A DNA stretch of 59,275 bases, the filler included, from Dugesia japonica (Eukaryota), in the NCBI GenBank assembly GCA_001938525.1. It is 5 parts of 5 records of this genome, joined end to end, with 100 filler letters (N's around TTAATTAATTAA, not from the genome) between each part and the next. Parts side by side here need not be neighbours in the genome. Positions count along the whole stretch, not along the records: positions 27,891 to 38,745 come from MQRL01578695.1; positions 38,846 to 59,275 come from MQRL01628381.1; 3 more parts are not named here. One strand, written 5' to 3'. Every line of letters starts with the position of its first letter. The first letter of the stretch is position 1. Made by a program: the position numbers and the translations under genes. The notes below the pieces were generated by a model. It saw only the letters and a list, made by a program, of their open reading frames with translations. It did no database searches and was not told the origin of the DNA. Positions 27,891 through 39,829 of this stretch are shown here, piece after piece.

Positions 27891-30022
27891 ATTTACATAA
27901 AATTTAAAATATATTATAAAATAAAGAAAAACTAACTTTTATCATAAATAGAAGCAGCAACAACGGAAGCATCATAATTCTAAAATAAATAATTTTTACA
28001 ACTATCAAGTGTTAATAAAAAATTTACTTTAATTAAAATCTTCCTCTTGATACCTCTTCCACTTTGATGTGAATTATTATAATTCTAAAATAAAATAATT
28101 AGTTATTAAATAATAACAAAAAAGTTATATTATCCACCATTAAACTTGACAAATTCATATTTCTATTATCGTTCATATTGTTCATAACCTGAAAACAATT
28201 AATTAATAATAATCAAAACCGTTAGTTTACCTTTTCTTTGCGCAACAATGTTCTCAATATGCTTTTATTATTACTGTTAATAATATAAATAAATATATAT
28301 TAAAAAAATAACAAACTTACTAATAAAAAGTTGTCGCTTTTAAAAATAGTTTTAATAAAATTGTGAAAAATTTTAAAACGTAACTAATTTTATAATTTTA
28401 TAATAAATAATTTTTCTATCCCCTCTGTATGTATGTATCATAAATTTGCCACCCATTTTGTCTGTGTATATCATAAATTTTCTATCCCCATTTAACTCTT
28501 TGTGTGTGTATTTAATTTTTCTGTCCTCATTGTATGTGTGTATCATAGTTTTTCTATCTCTTTTGTAAGTGTGCATCAAAAAATTTTACAATACCAAAGC
28601 GTAACATATTTTAAAATACCACAACGTAATATATTTAGTTAATTTTAAAATACTGCAACGTAATATATTTTAAAACACCACAAAATAACAAAATACATGT
28701 AATGACTTTTTATTAATAAACATATTTTAATCGACTTTTTAAACACATTTTATTCTCCAGATTGGTTCAATATTAATGTTAAATTTTTTATATCCATGAA
28801 TTTCAATTTTAATCTTCCATTTAAGCGAATTTTGTCTTGTTTAGTCCTCTTTAGGGCTCAAAATTATAGGTTCAGTAAAGAAAATGCAATACAGATGCAA
28901 GTCAAAAAAACTATGAGTCCAACATGTGCAACATGAATGCAATTTAATCAAGAAAACGCAACATAAATGTAAGTATACAAAGAGCATGAGTAATGCAGGT
29001 GAGCATTAAACAATGCCAATCCAATAAGAATGCAAGTTAAACAAAGACAATGCAATACAGATGCAACAATGCTCAATATAGACAAAATCAACATTTTTCA
29101 TTTTATCAACCATGAATTTAGATAAAGTTATTGGTGANATGGTTGAACAAATTGATATAAATTTTTCTCAACAAAACTTTGTAGAAATGAATGAGAAAGA
29201 AGAATGCTCTAAATTGTCAGAAAAGGATAATGAAATATTTGTTGAAGATAAAAGTAAGATATATTTATTAAAATTGTTATCTAAAATTATTTACTTAGAA
29301 AATATGTAAGAAGATGTAAAAATGGTCGAGGAAAAAGAAATACTGATTACGAAAGGTTTGGACACTTTAGAAACATCAACCGATATATTTGATAAAGGTT
29401 ATATTTAATTTTAATTAAATAATTTATTATTTTTAGAGTTGTTTATTGAATTATTTGAGATTTTTTATCGAAAACTAAGAGAAGAAATAGTATACTGCGC
29501 ACCGGAATTGTTATGGTTTAAAATTAAACAGATTACTAGAGTAGACATATACATGGTTAAAGAAATATTAGAAAAATATCATAATGAAGATAATGAAGAT
29601 AAGAAGAAAAATTTAAAAAAGGAAATTTATAGATGCAATCTGTCAGTGTTGTACTAATAAACATTACCGTTAATTATATATTATCAAATAAATATTTGTT
29701 TTAGAATTGCATTTTTTTCTTTAGTAGTATAACAAAACTATTTTAGGAGAAAAAAATTGAAAAAATAAAATAAAAAAATATTAATATTAAGTCTGCACAA
29801 AGAAGTCTGGCTGGATAATATTGAAACGCTTCGATCAATCAGATCGTAGGATACTATATCACCTTGACTATGACAATTCACCCTTGAAATGTTTCAACCA
29901 ATCAGAATCGAGTATACAGAGTCTCTTTGAACTTGAAAAGGAAGTTTCAATCAATTAGAAAATACTAAGCCACTTTGACCTTGATTGCGGGGGGTGGCAT
30001 AGTGCTCCATAGTCTATCTACT
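27891..30022. mobile_element. Right part of a Maverick-type element with small intron-containing accessory genes and terminus ending at 30022
   Basis: Reverse complement of the end reads AGTAGATAGACTATGGAGCACTATGCCACCCCCC. The subterminal repeats match the terminus at 54875 rather than 19109. Confidence 0.75.
29112..29657 (+). pseudogene. Unknown two-exon accessory gene (IVYCAPELLW motif)
   Basis: Two ORF pieces joinable by a ~40-nt GT..AG intron (~29398-29436), one premature stop. A similar C-terminus occurs at 39214-39361. Confidence 0.5.
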
Positions 30023-30055
30023 CACTACAATGAAAACATTTGGTGCTCAAATATA

Positions 30056-31760
30056 GTGGGTTGAACTTTGGTGTTGTGCTGGAATTCCCTGATTTAACCT
30101 TTGACCTAGTGCTGAAATTTGTATTTTGAAATATATGTGCAGAAATTCAAATTTTTATATTGACTTTTCCACGCAATACTTCAACGTACAAGTATCGCCA
30201 TAGTATCGTTGGATGCGTAAAGACACAACGGTTGTCATGGCAATTTAATCCTCAGTCCAATCAAGCGTAAACAGGAAAATTTATTGAAGATCAAATAATG
30301 AAAATTTTCCTTGTCCAAATTTTTGATCAGATCAAGTCAAACTTGTTATCATTCTGTAGGAAATTAAATACTACCGATATATTACCTAAAGTACCTTGGT
30401 CACAAAATGCTTTTGTTCTCGACATTAAATGTGTGGCGCAATAAACCAATATTATGATAATAATTATATATATAATGAAATAATAATTTCTTATAAACAT
30501 ATATGCACCATTGGAATCAGCATTAAAAACTACCTATACATTGTTTCATCGAAAATGTGTTTTCCCGCAGACCCCCCTACGTCGATGAAGTGTTTTAGAA
30601 ATTTGGTTTTCACATTTAGATAGAAAATTCAAAAGTAAAATAAGAACACATCAATACAAAATTTATGAAAATGTCTTCCATTTAAAATGGTGGCTAAAAG
30701 TACATATCGATTTTAGAGGTCAAAGTCTATTTAAAATAAATTATTTTTGCCAAACTTAATATTGTTTGATGCACAATGAGATGATAAACACAATAGCGTT
30801 GTTTAAATTTTAGTTTGATGTAATGATAAAAAGTTATTAAAGATTTAAAATTTTAAAAATTTTAATAAATCAGTCTTCACCAAAATTCTCAAATTACATC
30901 CATCAATGTTTTGATAGATTGTGATAGAGAATTAAAATGAGAACATATCCCACTTATAAATATTTAAATAAAAATGTTTTCTTAACGTCTATATCGTTTC
31001 AACAAATGTTTTGGCTTTACGGTTGGTGGTTCCAATTTTCTGAGTTGAAACCATCATCATTCGGGATGAAAATCCAAAACCATCTATACATTACCTAAAA
31101 GACTTATGGTGAAAAATTCTTTCTTCGCGATGACAAATGATGGACAGTAGTGAGATATGTCAGCATGACACCACCTAAAATCAACACTTTTAAAATCATC
31201 ATTAAAACGAATATATACGTGCTATGGTGACAAACTTGATACCGTTGGACTCGTAGAAGCGTGAGAAATAACGTTGATATCTCAGAAATTCAATCTGACG
31301 AGTTATTAAAGATTAAAAATTTAAAAGTTTAAAAGTCGCTCATAGACTTAAACTTTTACCATCTAGACTTGAATTTGATACTATAGGGTAGGCAAATAAA
31401 AACTTCTTATACATTATTGATTATTATTGAAAAATGTATGGCTTACGAGAAAATCACATAAGAAAAAACTAAGGGCTTTTAAAATATATTTTAATTAAAA
31501 TGTATTAAACTTGATATTAGAATGGTAATGAATGTAACAAATACATCTGTAATGTTTGTAGAACAAGTTTACGAATATGTAGCGAGATAATGACCATTTA
31601 AATTTTTAAAAAAAATAAAAAATGAATAAATTATATACTTGCAAATTGTAAATAGATAAAATTTATTTAAAAATGATTATGAAATTTTTAAAAATGTATT
31701 TATGTTGTATTTATATTGTATTTATATTGCATTCGTGTTGCACATATTATATTTAATATA
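30056..31760 (+). repeat. Second, diverged direct copy of the 19109-20220 Maverick terminal region
   Basis: Colinear shared blocks: ACCTTTGACCT, TTTTGATCAGATCAA, CCTAAAGTACCTTGGTCA, TACATTGTTTCATCGAAAATG, ATTTGGTTTTCACATTTAGA, GTAAATAGATAAAATTT. Confidence 0.85.
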
Positions 31761-31879
31761 AATGAATACATACATACACATATATACGAGTACTTTGTTA
31801 TATTTTCGGTATATAACAAGTAATTAGGTGTAATAATTCTACAGATTTGCTTAAAACATTGTCCGTAGATAACCATCTG

Positions 31880-32936
31880 ACAACGCAATAAAAATCTACA
31901 TCAATTGAAATATATTCATTACCAAATTCTATTAAGAACTTTTAAACTGGTGATGATTTGTGGCATTAGCTCGTATATAAAAATTACAAATAAAACTATA
32001 TTCATAACATTCTAATATTTAAATTGTTTGGTAATGAGCTGTTCTCGATGCAGTATGTGATGTATTGAAAGATATTTTCGAATATTTGGATCTTTTACTA
32101 AGAGCCCTGTAAATCCATTTACACTCCCTACCATATCCAGAGGACCATCAGCGGTAATGCATATCAATTATTTAACCGGTATATCAAAATCAATTAGAAT
32201 CTTATCAAATACAGCTTTAATATCGACGAAGCGTGTTAATTCTATAATAGGAACTAAATCCAACAATTCTTCTTTGATAGCTTTATGTATAAAACAAAAC
32301 ATATCTTAATAAAATAAAACATATCTTAAAAAAACGTATAAAAACAGCTAACTGTAGAATATCATTAATATCAGTTGACTCGTCTAAAGCTAAACTCAAC
32401 GCCTTAGAGTTTTTGACATCAATTTTTAATTTTTTTTACTGTATCTACACTTATATCTGTAAAACGTATTTCTACAGTTGGTCGAGATACTGGAATTGGA
32501 TATAATTTTGCATAATTTGCAATTTCCGGGATTTATAATTTTAACTATGTCTTCCAAAATCTTTTTATAAACACTCCTTCTGTATATGAGTATTTTCCTC
32601 TTGTGGTGTTCCATGTCGAAATATAACTTGCTTCTTTCAAATTTTTATCTTCTTTGCAAAACGTGGAGAGGACTGATTGCTGTTTTTGGAGAACACTTTT
32701 CAAAGCTTTAATTGAAACTTTCCTTAATCTTGTGTTTTCAGGGTATTTTGATTGGAAATTAGCATGAATTGCTGTGTAATTTCTTAATTTTCCAACTTTA
32801 AAGTGTTCTATTGATGTTCTAAAAATTAGGCATATTGCTAATCAATTATTATTTATAAACAAAACGTTTTGTTCCCAATCTTTATTGTACTTTCTTTACT
32901 CATTTTCATATTTTCGTTTTTAGTCTACTTATCCAT
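31880..32936 (-). pseudogene. hAT (Buster/Charlie, GTF2IRD2/ZBED8-like) transposase, 5' half
   Basis: RKYNKDWE, ICLI BED-like remnant, LSLALDESTDINDILQLAVFIR, IKEELLDLV, CITADG...M.G...GF, IHHILHREQL. Confidence 0.92.
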
Positions 32937-33639
32937 AATAACTCTAAAATATATTTTTTAATAAATAAATAAATCCAGGCCATTCTTGTTATAAAGCGGC
33001 CAAACATTTCTCACCCGCTGATAACTGTACTTATGATTCTTCAATGTTTTATCAATGGGAACGTAATAAAGATAAAATTTCACAGACCAGTGCTTCTATG
33101 GAAAGTGTTACGGATGTTGGTAGAAATCCATAGATTGATGATCTTATTGTTGATGAAATCGTTGATTTAAGAATTACGAATATTAAGGTAACAAGATCCT
33201 ATAAATCAGACAGCCATACAATTAGCAAATGAAAATGACATTGAATTTCTGAATGACTTTGATGAATGAATTGATGGATTTATGAATAGGAATAATTTTC
33301 TTTACGGTGAATGACAAATCTCACGACTTTAACTGAAGGCCAATTGTTACAGGGGATTGTGAATTGTATTAAGTATCTTGCTGAGCGACTCTCACATACT
33401 AAAAAATTTTGCCGTGGTTTCAATTTTTTCAGTTTATAGATTATTTTTGAAGCCACCAAATAATACCACTAATCTTGAAAAGTATCATGCGGTATCGCGT
33501 CTTGAATTTGAATTTCTTTATGACTGCAGTTATTCCGTTTGATTCTCTGTCCCTCATACCTTTCACCATCATAAAAAGACATTTTTCATAAACAACAATT
33601 TCTTTACATCACAATTTATAATTCATCAATTTTTATTTT

Positions 33640-34680
33640 CCCTGGATAGCTTTTCTGTGTCTAATCCTTAGTCATTTATGTTTCACTTAACATCCAAATT
33701 GTTGCTATTAAGGCGCCTTCTCGGTCGGCGTATGACTTGATTATGTCAGCCATCATCCGGCTCGACTGTTATAATGCAAAATCTCGCTCCTTTAATTTAC
33801 TATTCTTTTTACGTAGAAGAGTGTTTTCGCGTTGAAATTCTGCGATTTTATTATGCAGTTTCTTGTGCAAGGAGCATCATTTCTATCTGAGGTCTGCCAT
33901 TGATGTAGAATTTTTTAATGCAATCACTAAATGGGTAGATATTATCAATGTATATATGCAACACAATGAATATTTAATTCAAAATTAAGATGATTCAATT
34001 TTATAATGATAATTCATGATATTAGTAATTCAAACAAGATGTTATTAGTATCAATTAGGAAGTCCTTGATTATAAAACACAAACATATATTCAAAGAGAA
34101 CATTATACTGATAAGACACACACGATTTAGATATTAATAATAGTGTTAAACTTTGGTTTTGGTGATATTCACTTCCTCGCCTAGTACGGGAAGGATCTGC
34201 TGCAAATTAATTTCAATTCTTGCCATCAGTCTTTCTGACTATTTCTTATATTCTCCCATTTTTGCGTTTTCCGTCAGTTGCGACTGCTGTCTCAGATGGT
34301 GCTATGATCGATTGAGCAAGTTTATCAACGCTCCTTTTCTCACGTTTTGCCATGTGATGACATCGGCCAGTTCTTTCTTATGTTTCTGCTCTTGGCTGTC
34401 GATTCTCTTTTTGTACGGCTTCAAGATTTGCGAGCTTCTCTAGATATTTATGTACTTGTAACAATAATTTCTCTTATAAGGCTGCAATCCGAATATACAT
34501 TTTTATGGATTAGATCATTTTTATCCAGCAAGGCTAGGAATCTGTTCCATTGAGTCCTAGCAAATCCCACAGATTTGGCATTCGATTGATGGGTTTTGCA
34601 TTGAAGGACCATCCATCCTTGCTAGGGCTTCTCTCCGCGTTGACTTGCATTATGCGTCTTGACATCTGGATATAATAAAC
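33640..34680 (-). pseudogene. Two decayed coiled-coil ORFs of an unnamed family
   Basis: MMADIIKSYADREGALIATI (~33750) and LADVITWQNVRKGALINLL (~34350) resemble FANIIKAKHVRESKLVNEI at ~9730. Confidence 0.4.
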
Positions 34681-35114
34681 TGATTAATCATTTACCATAT
34701 AAGGTAAGAATTGACATTGTTTGAATATACAATATAGTTATAAAGTCGATATTAATGGTATCAAAAATAAAGTTGAGCAAACATAATATTTAAATAGTAC
34801 CTGAACTTCATATTACTTCCAGATAGAAGTATATAAGAATCATACATTAAATCTTGGGTACGACCTTTTGTTCAGCAGGCATAAGATCACTCGTCGCAAT
34901 CACTAGAGTCATACATTATTTAATTATTACTTTACGCAATAAATGTCAGTCAATAAATGTGAAACATTTTATCAAAAAATGTAAATACGACTCCACAACC
35001 GCAACGACTTTCCCATCTGTTTGATTCGTGTTTGTATCAGACTTTTGTAAGTAATTATTAATCAAAATATCCTAAAGAAGGACATTCACGGGTATTATAA
35101 ATATGACTAGTACT

Positions 35115-36300
35115 AGTAGTTAGATGTGAGCTCACTGGTACAGATCCCCTCCCCCTCTACTAGTAGCGATAAAACATAACGCTGTGTTGGATATTTGGTA
35201 TGGGTTGTGATGAAAAGTTAAGAATAAAATATTGAATGAAATAAAATAAAATAGTGTTTTAATATTGAATAAGAAAGACGGTAATTTGTTGGCAGTATTT
35301 AAAAAATAAAATAAATGTTATTTGTTACTGTTAGAGATTAATTATGAAGTATTTTAATTGATTGGCGATTTAAAGTAAATCCGACGATTGTGATTACTCG
35401 ACTTTTATTGGAGAAAAACTTTGGATTTCGATACTTTGGCTTTCGTGTGGTAATTGCGGTTTTTATTACATTTTAAGACTTAATCACTATTAACGTTTAT
35501 TGTGATTTTCGAGTAATTTTTCGTAAATTTAGAAAGTAATTATTGTTAATTCATTAAAGTTGAGATTGTATTATAATTGTAATCGAGTTAAAATAAAAGT
35601 ATTAAATCTTGTTAGTTAATTGCGGTTGCTTAATAACTAAATAATAAATATTAGTAACAATTATTATTTGTTATCTTATTATTTAATATTTTTCATTTAA
35701 CATTTACTCGAAAAGTCTGATCGAAGGTGCACTTTTTTGGCAGACAAGTTGGGGAAAAAGAATGCTGGCAGAAAGTGAACACTTCTATTGATTGAGGAGG
35801 AGATTTACGTTTAAAGGAAGTATGTAGAAAAAGGGGAGAGACATTCATGACAGATAGATGGAATATAGGTAGGACACACTTCAAAAAACACAAAAAAATT
35901 ACAATAGTAGGAATTGTTGTGAAGTGGTATGATGTATGTGTTTGTAGAAAGTACAGATGCATATTTAAGTGTAATTTCTATAGTGATGTGATATAAAAAT
36001 ATCGTGAAAAAACAAAATTTGAATAAAATATTAGAAACAAACATTTTTAAAAAAAATAAAACCAATCTTAAAATTCAAAGAAAATTCCCTCATTAATTAA
36101 ATCATAAAAAGAAAAATTAAAAAAATAAATTTACTCACACAAACCCTTCTAGAACGATTTTAAAAATTCATACACACACTCACACATCAAAAAAATCCAA
36201 ACCATACTTTTTCATATTCCTTTATCTTTCCTATTTCTACAAAAAATAAATCACACTTCGGAAAAGAAATTTTCTTGTACCTAAACTACTTACAAACCAA
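35115..36300 (+). mobile_element. Maverick-type terminus followed by non-coding sequence resembling the foldback core
   Basis: AGTAGTTAGATGTGAGCTCACTGG..CCCCTCCCCC. The right boundary is approximate. Confidence 0.55.
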
Positions 36301-37897
36301 GAACGTTTATCCTTTGAAAAATAAATCAATAATTGCAATTTGATTGAGTTTCCTGTGCATTCAGTTTTTATTTCTACAATTTTCGAGTAATATTTCCCTT
36401 TTACTTGCGTATTTATTAATTGTCCAATAAGCTTTTTAAATTACAAAAATATCCATATTATTTTAGGATTATTTATGGGGCTTTTGATCTTATCATAGGG
36501 AAGATATTTAGATAATTCATATATCTGTTGCATATTATTTTTTCTGATTTTTCTTTCTTGTCTGATTTTCTTTTATTTTTCTTTCTATAAGTGTTTATTT
36601 AGTTGAGTTCCGTCCCGACAATATTATTATAAAATGTCAAAATAATTAAATTTAGAATTAATGGCTCGCCTTCAACTATTTTAGACAAAAAAAAATTAGA
36701 AATCAGCATAAATTCAAAAATTTTCAAGAAAGTTTAATCTAAATTAAGTTGTCAATAATTAATAAAAAAAACAAAATTAATATGTTTCTAATAAAAACGA
36801 TTAGAAGAAAAAAAAGTACTTTTATATAATTGTAATATGATTAATCTGGCACAGTTCCAACATCGATTAGTAATGTTTTTTTATAGCGGATAGAAAATCA
36901 TTTTTTTACGAAATGTTATGACAACAACTACGAAAATCACTATAAATTATCAGTATCGAATAACCAATATTTCCATCGAAATTGTTTAAGAATGATTTTA
37001 ATATTTTTATCATTTCTTTACTGATTTTTTCAATACTTTTTTAATGTTAAATTATTTAACAATTTTCAACAAAATATTAAGTAGCCAATCGATTTTTTAT
37101 TTAGCTCGATTGACCACTTGTCATTTGATTGACAAACAATAGATATTAATCTATGAAATATTTTTGAGTATGCTAAAATATTATTTTTTTTAACTTAATT
37201 AAACATGAAATATTTTAAACAATAACAAGTGAAATAAATAAGTGTAAAATAAAAATATTAATAAAAAATTCTTTATAATAGGAATACTAATATAAAAAGA
37301 TAAATGTAATTTATAACAATTAAAATAAATGATTTAATTAAAATTCAATAAATAAAATTAATAAACTCGTTTTCAACAACAAATAATTTTTTATTTCAAA
37401 AAATTATTTAACAAGCAAAGCTCCAAATTGCTGTTCTTCTATTTTCAATATTTCAGCATAGCCTTCTTCAGGAACTATTGTTCAGTAAATTGTTATATTG
37501 TTATGTAAATTGTTATGTAAATTGATATGAAGATAAATTTTAAATAAATCTGTGTAAAATCAATTTCCATTGGATTTTAATTGTAATATAAAATTAAATG
37601 AAAATTTTCTNGGTTAATTGCTGCAAAGTATTATGATAAATCTATTTTTCAAATTGCTTTAAAATTTAAAAAATTATTTTTTTAAAAAAAACATTGATCT
37701 GTCAATAAATAAACATCAAAATTGCGGTTCTTTTATTTTTTTTAAAAGAATAATTTTTTAAATTTTAAAACAATTTAGAAAATAGATTTATAAAACAAAA
37801 TTAATTTTAAATTATTTGTTTCTTCTAANAGCATAATTAAATCTAAAAATATACTTGAAGAATTCTCGAAAATTTATATTTATAACAAATTAAATAA

Positions 37898-37935
37898 ATT
37901 AGGTAGATAGAGGCGCATGATCCCAACCCACCCAC
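37898..37935 (+). mobile_element. Degenerate Maverick-type terminus
   Basis: ATTAGGTAGATAGAGGCGCATGATCCCAACCCACCC. Confidence 0.55.
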
Positions 37936-37959
37936 TTGTGGAAACAAGGAACAGGTGAG

Positions 37960-38710
37960 GACATGAATAATTTATTTTCATCTTCACTGTTTCTATTGAA
38001 GAATCATCTTTAGATTTCGTGTAGACCCACTTCATGATCTTAGATGCTATTTTGTTAGTCTTATATCCAAATCAAAAGTTAAGCGCAATGGATACATCAT
38101 CAAATATAAGATAATATGGATAATCACAAGTGAAGGNTATTCTTATCATATGGAATATAACAACATTTTCATTTTGTTTGACACTCAACGATTTTTCTTC
38201 GTTATTAATTGAAATAGTTATATCCTACGAAATATCGTTCTGTGTCATGAAATGAATTTGTGATTTGTTATAAACTGGAAATGGAGNNNNNNNNNNNNNN
38301 NNNNNNNNNNNNNNNNNNNNNNNNNNNNNNNNNNNNATATCCAAATCAAAAGTTAAGCGCAATGGATACATCATCAAATATAAGATAATATGGATAATCA
38401 CAAGTGAAGGTTATTCTTATCATATGGAATATAACAACATTTTCATTTTGTTTGACACTCAACGATTTTTCTTCGTTATTAATTGNAATAGTTATATCCT
38501 ACGAAATATCGTTCTGTGTCATGAAATGAATTTGTGATTTGTTATAAACTGGAAATGGAGAATATACAAAGGTGAAATCTTACAATACTAATTCCTACTA
38601 CATCAGGTTTTGAAGCTCAATAATGAATTTACTAGCTGTAGTTTCTGGATGAATAAGCGGACAACTATTACTCGGTAAAATTGTATAGAAATTATTTGAT
38701 TTTATCTCAT
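37960..38710 (-). pseudogene. Second Maverick minor capsid gene, 5' fragment
   Basis: NFYTILPSNSCPLIHPETTASKFIIELQN; nucleotide similarity to 23540-23715 (TTTTACCGAGTAATAGT, GATTTCACCTTT). Confidence 0.85.
38063..38560. repeat. 224-bp identical duplication on both sides of an N-gap (38063-38286, 38337-38560); probable assembly artefact
   Basis: Copies are identical apart from Ns and abut the gap. Confidence 0.9.
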
Positions 38711-38825
38711 TTTTTCTTTTTTTTGATAAACTATCTCTGATACTANNNNNNNNNNNNNNNNNNNNNNNNNNNNNNNNNNNNNNNNNNNNTTAATTAATTA
38801 ANNNNNNNNNNNNNNNNNNNNNNNN

Positions 38826-39213
38826 NNNNNNNNNNNNNNNNNNNNTTAAAACAATAAAAAAAAATTAAAACAAAAAAAAATATTAAAACAAAACAAAAAT
38901 AAAACAAAAAAATATGAAAACAAAAAAAAACGATTAAAACAAAAAAAACGATTAAAACAAAAAAAAATCTTTATAAAAACAAAATTTTTAAAGTTATGTA
39001 TTTCCGTGAGAGGGGGAGGGGCTATGTCTTTGTTCTGAAATAGAAAAATTTTCGAGAAAAGTATGAGTCATCAAAAATTCAAAAGGGGGGGGAGAAAAAG
39101 ATCAAAAAGGGGCGGAGTCCAAAAAGGGGCGGAGTCCAAAAAGTAGGTGGGCAAAAAATTGGGGGGTACCCCCCTCGAGGGGCCCCGGTTTGGTGCGCTC
39201 ATATCTACCTACT
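38826..39213 (-). mobile_element. Maverick-type right terminus with two GC boxes and an AP-1 site
   Basis: Reverse complement AGTAGGTAGATATGAGCGCACC; GGGGCGGAGT at 39109 and 39126; TGAGTCA ~39064. Confidence 0.75.
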
Positions 39214-39829
39214 GACAGAAATTGACATTGAAAATGTTATAAAAATCTATGAAGAATATAATAAGGATAATAATTGCGAACATTGTTCAGAAAATAAGAA
39301 GATTTTGAAAAGAAAATTTTTTGAAACAATTTATCGTGACAGTCATAAAAGAAAATGTTAGTTTAATGTATTAGTATAATGTTATAAATAAATAAATTTA
39401 ATCAGTAAATGTTTTTTCTNNNNNNNNNNNNNNNNNNNNNNNNNNNNNNNNNNNNNNNNNNNNNNNNNNNNNNNNNNNNNNNNNNNNNNNNNNNNNNNNN
39501 NNNNNNNNNNNNNNNNNNNNNNNNNNNNNNNNNNNNNNNNNNNNNNNNNGGGTGATATAGAAATTTTTTCTTTGTTTGTTTGGACATGGAAAATTTTTCG
39601 ATAAACGATGAGTCACCCTGATCTAGAAAATTTTTCTTGGTTTAAATGGACTTAGAAAATTTTTTGAAAAAAAGTATGACTCATCTTGATCTAGAAAAAC
39701 GATGAGTCATCGATGAGTCATCGTCTTTGTTCTAGTCATCGATAAGTCATACTTATGACTCAAGCTCTTTGTTATAAAAGTTCTTTGTCTAAGGGGGGGG
39801 GTGATCCAGCGCGCCACTATCTACCTACT
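39214..39829 (-). mobile_element. Maverick-type right terminus with AP-1 array; same family as the 56343 terminus
   Basis: Reverse complement AGTAGGTAGATAGTGGCGCGCTGGATCACCCCCCCC..TAGACAAAGAACTTTTATAACAAAGA; at least five TGA(G/C)TCA sites. Confidence 0.8.

Noticed and set aside
19109-30022. A single complete Maverick bounded by the 19109 and 30022 termini
   Set aside because: Flanks differ (TTTAGG vs CACTAC), the subterminal sequences belong to different families, and an artificial linker gap lies between them.
38063-38560. Recent tandem duplication or LTR pair
   Set aside because: Identical copies directly flank a gap; an unmerged contig overlap is more likely.
10610-38801. Recurrent TTAATTAATTAA palindrome as a biological site
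   Set aside because: Always centred in symmetric N-runs; it is a scaffolding linker.
18958-39213. Pairing of the very similar termini at 18958 and 39213 into a 20-kb element
   Set aside because: Flanks match only 4/6 (GGCACA vs GACAGA) and three linker gaps intervene.
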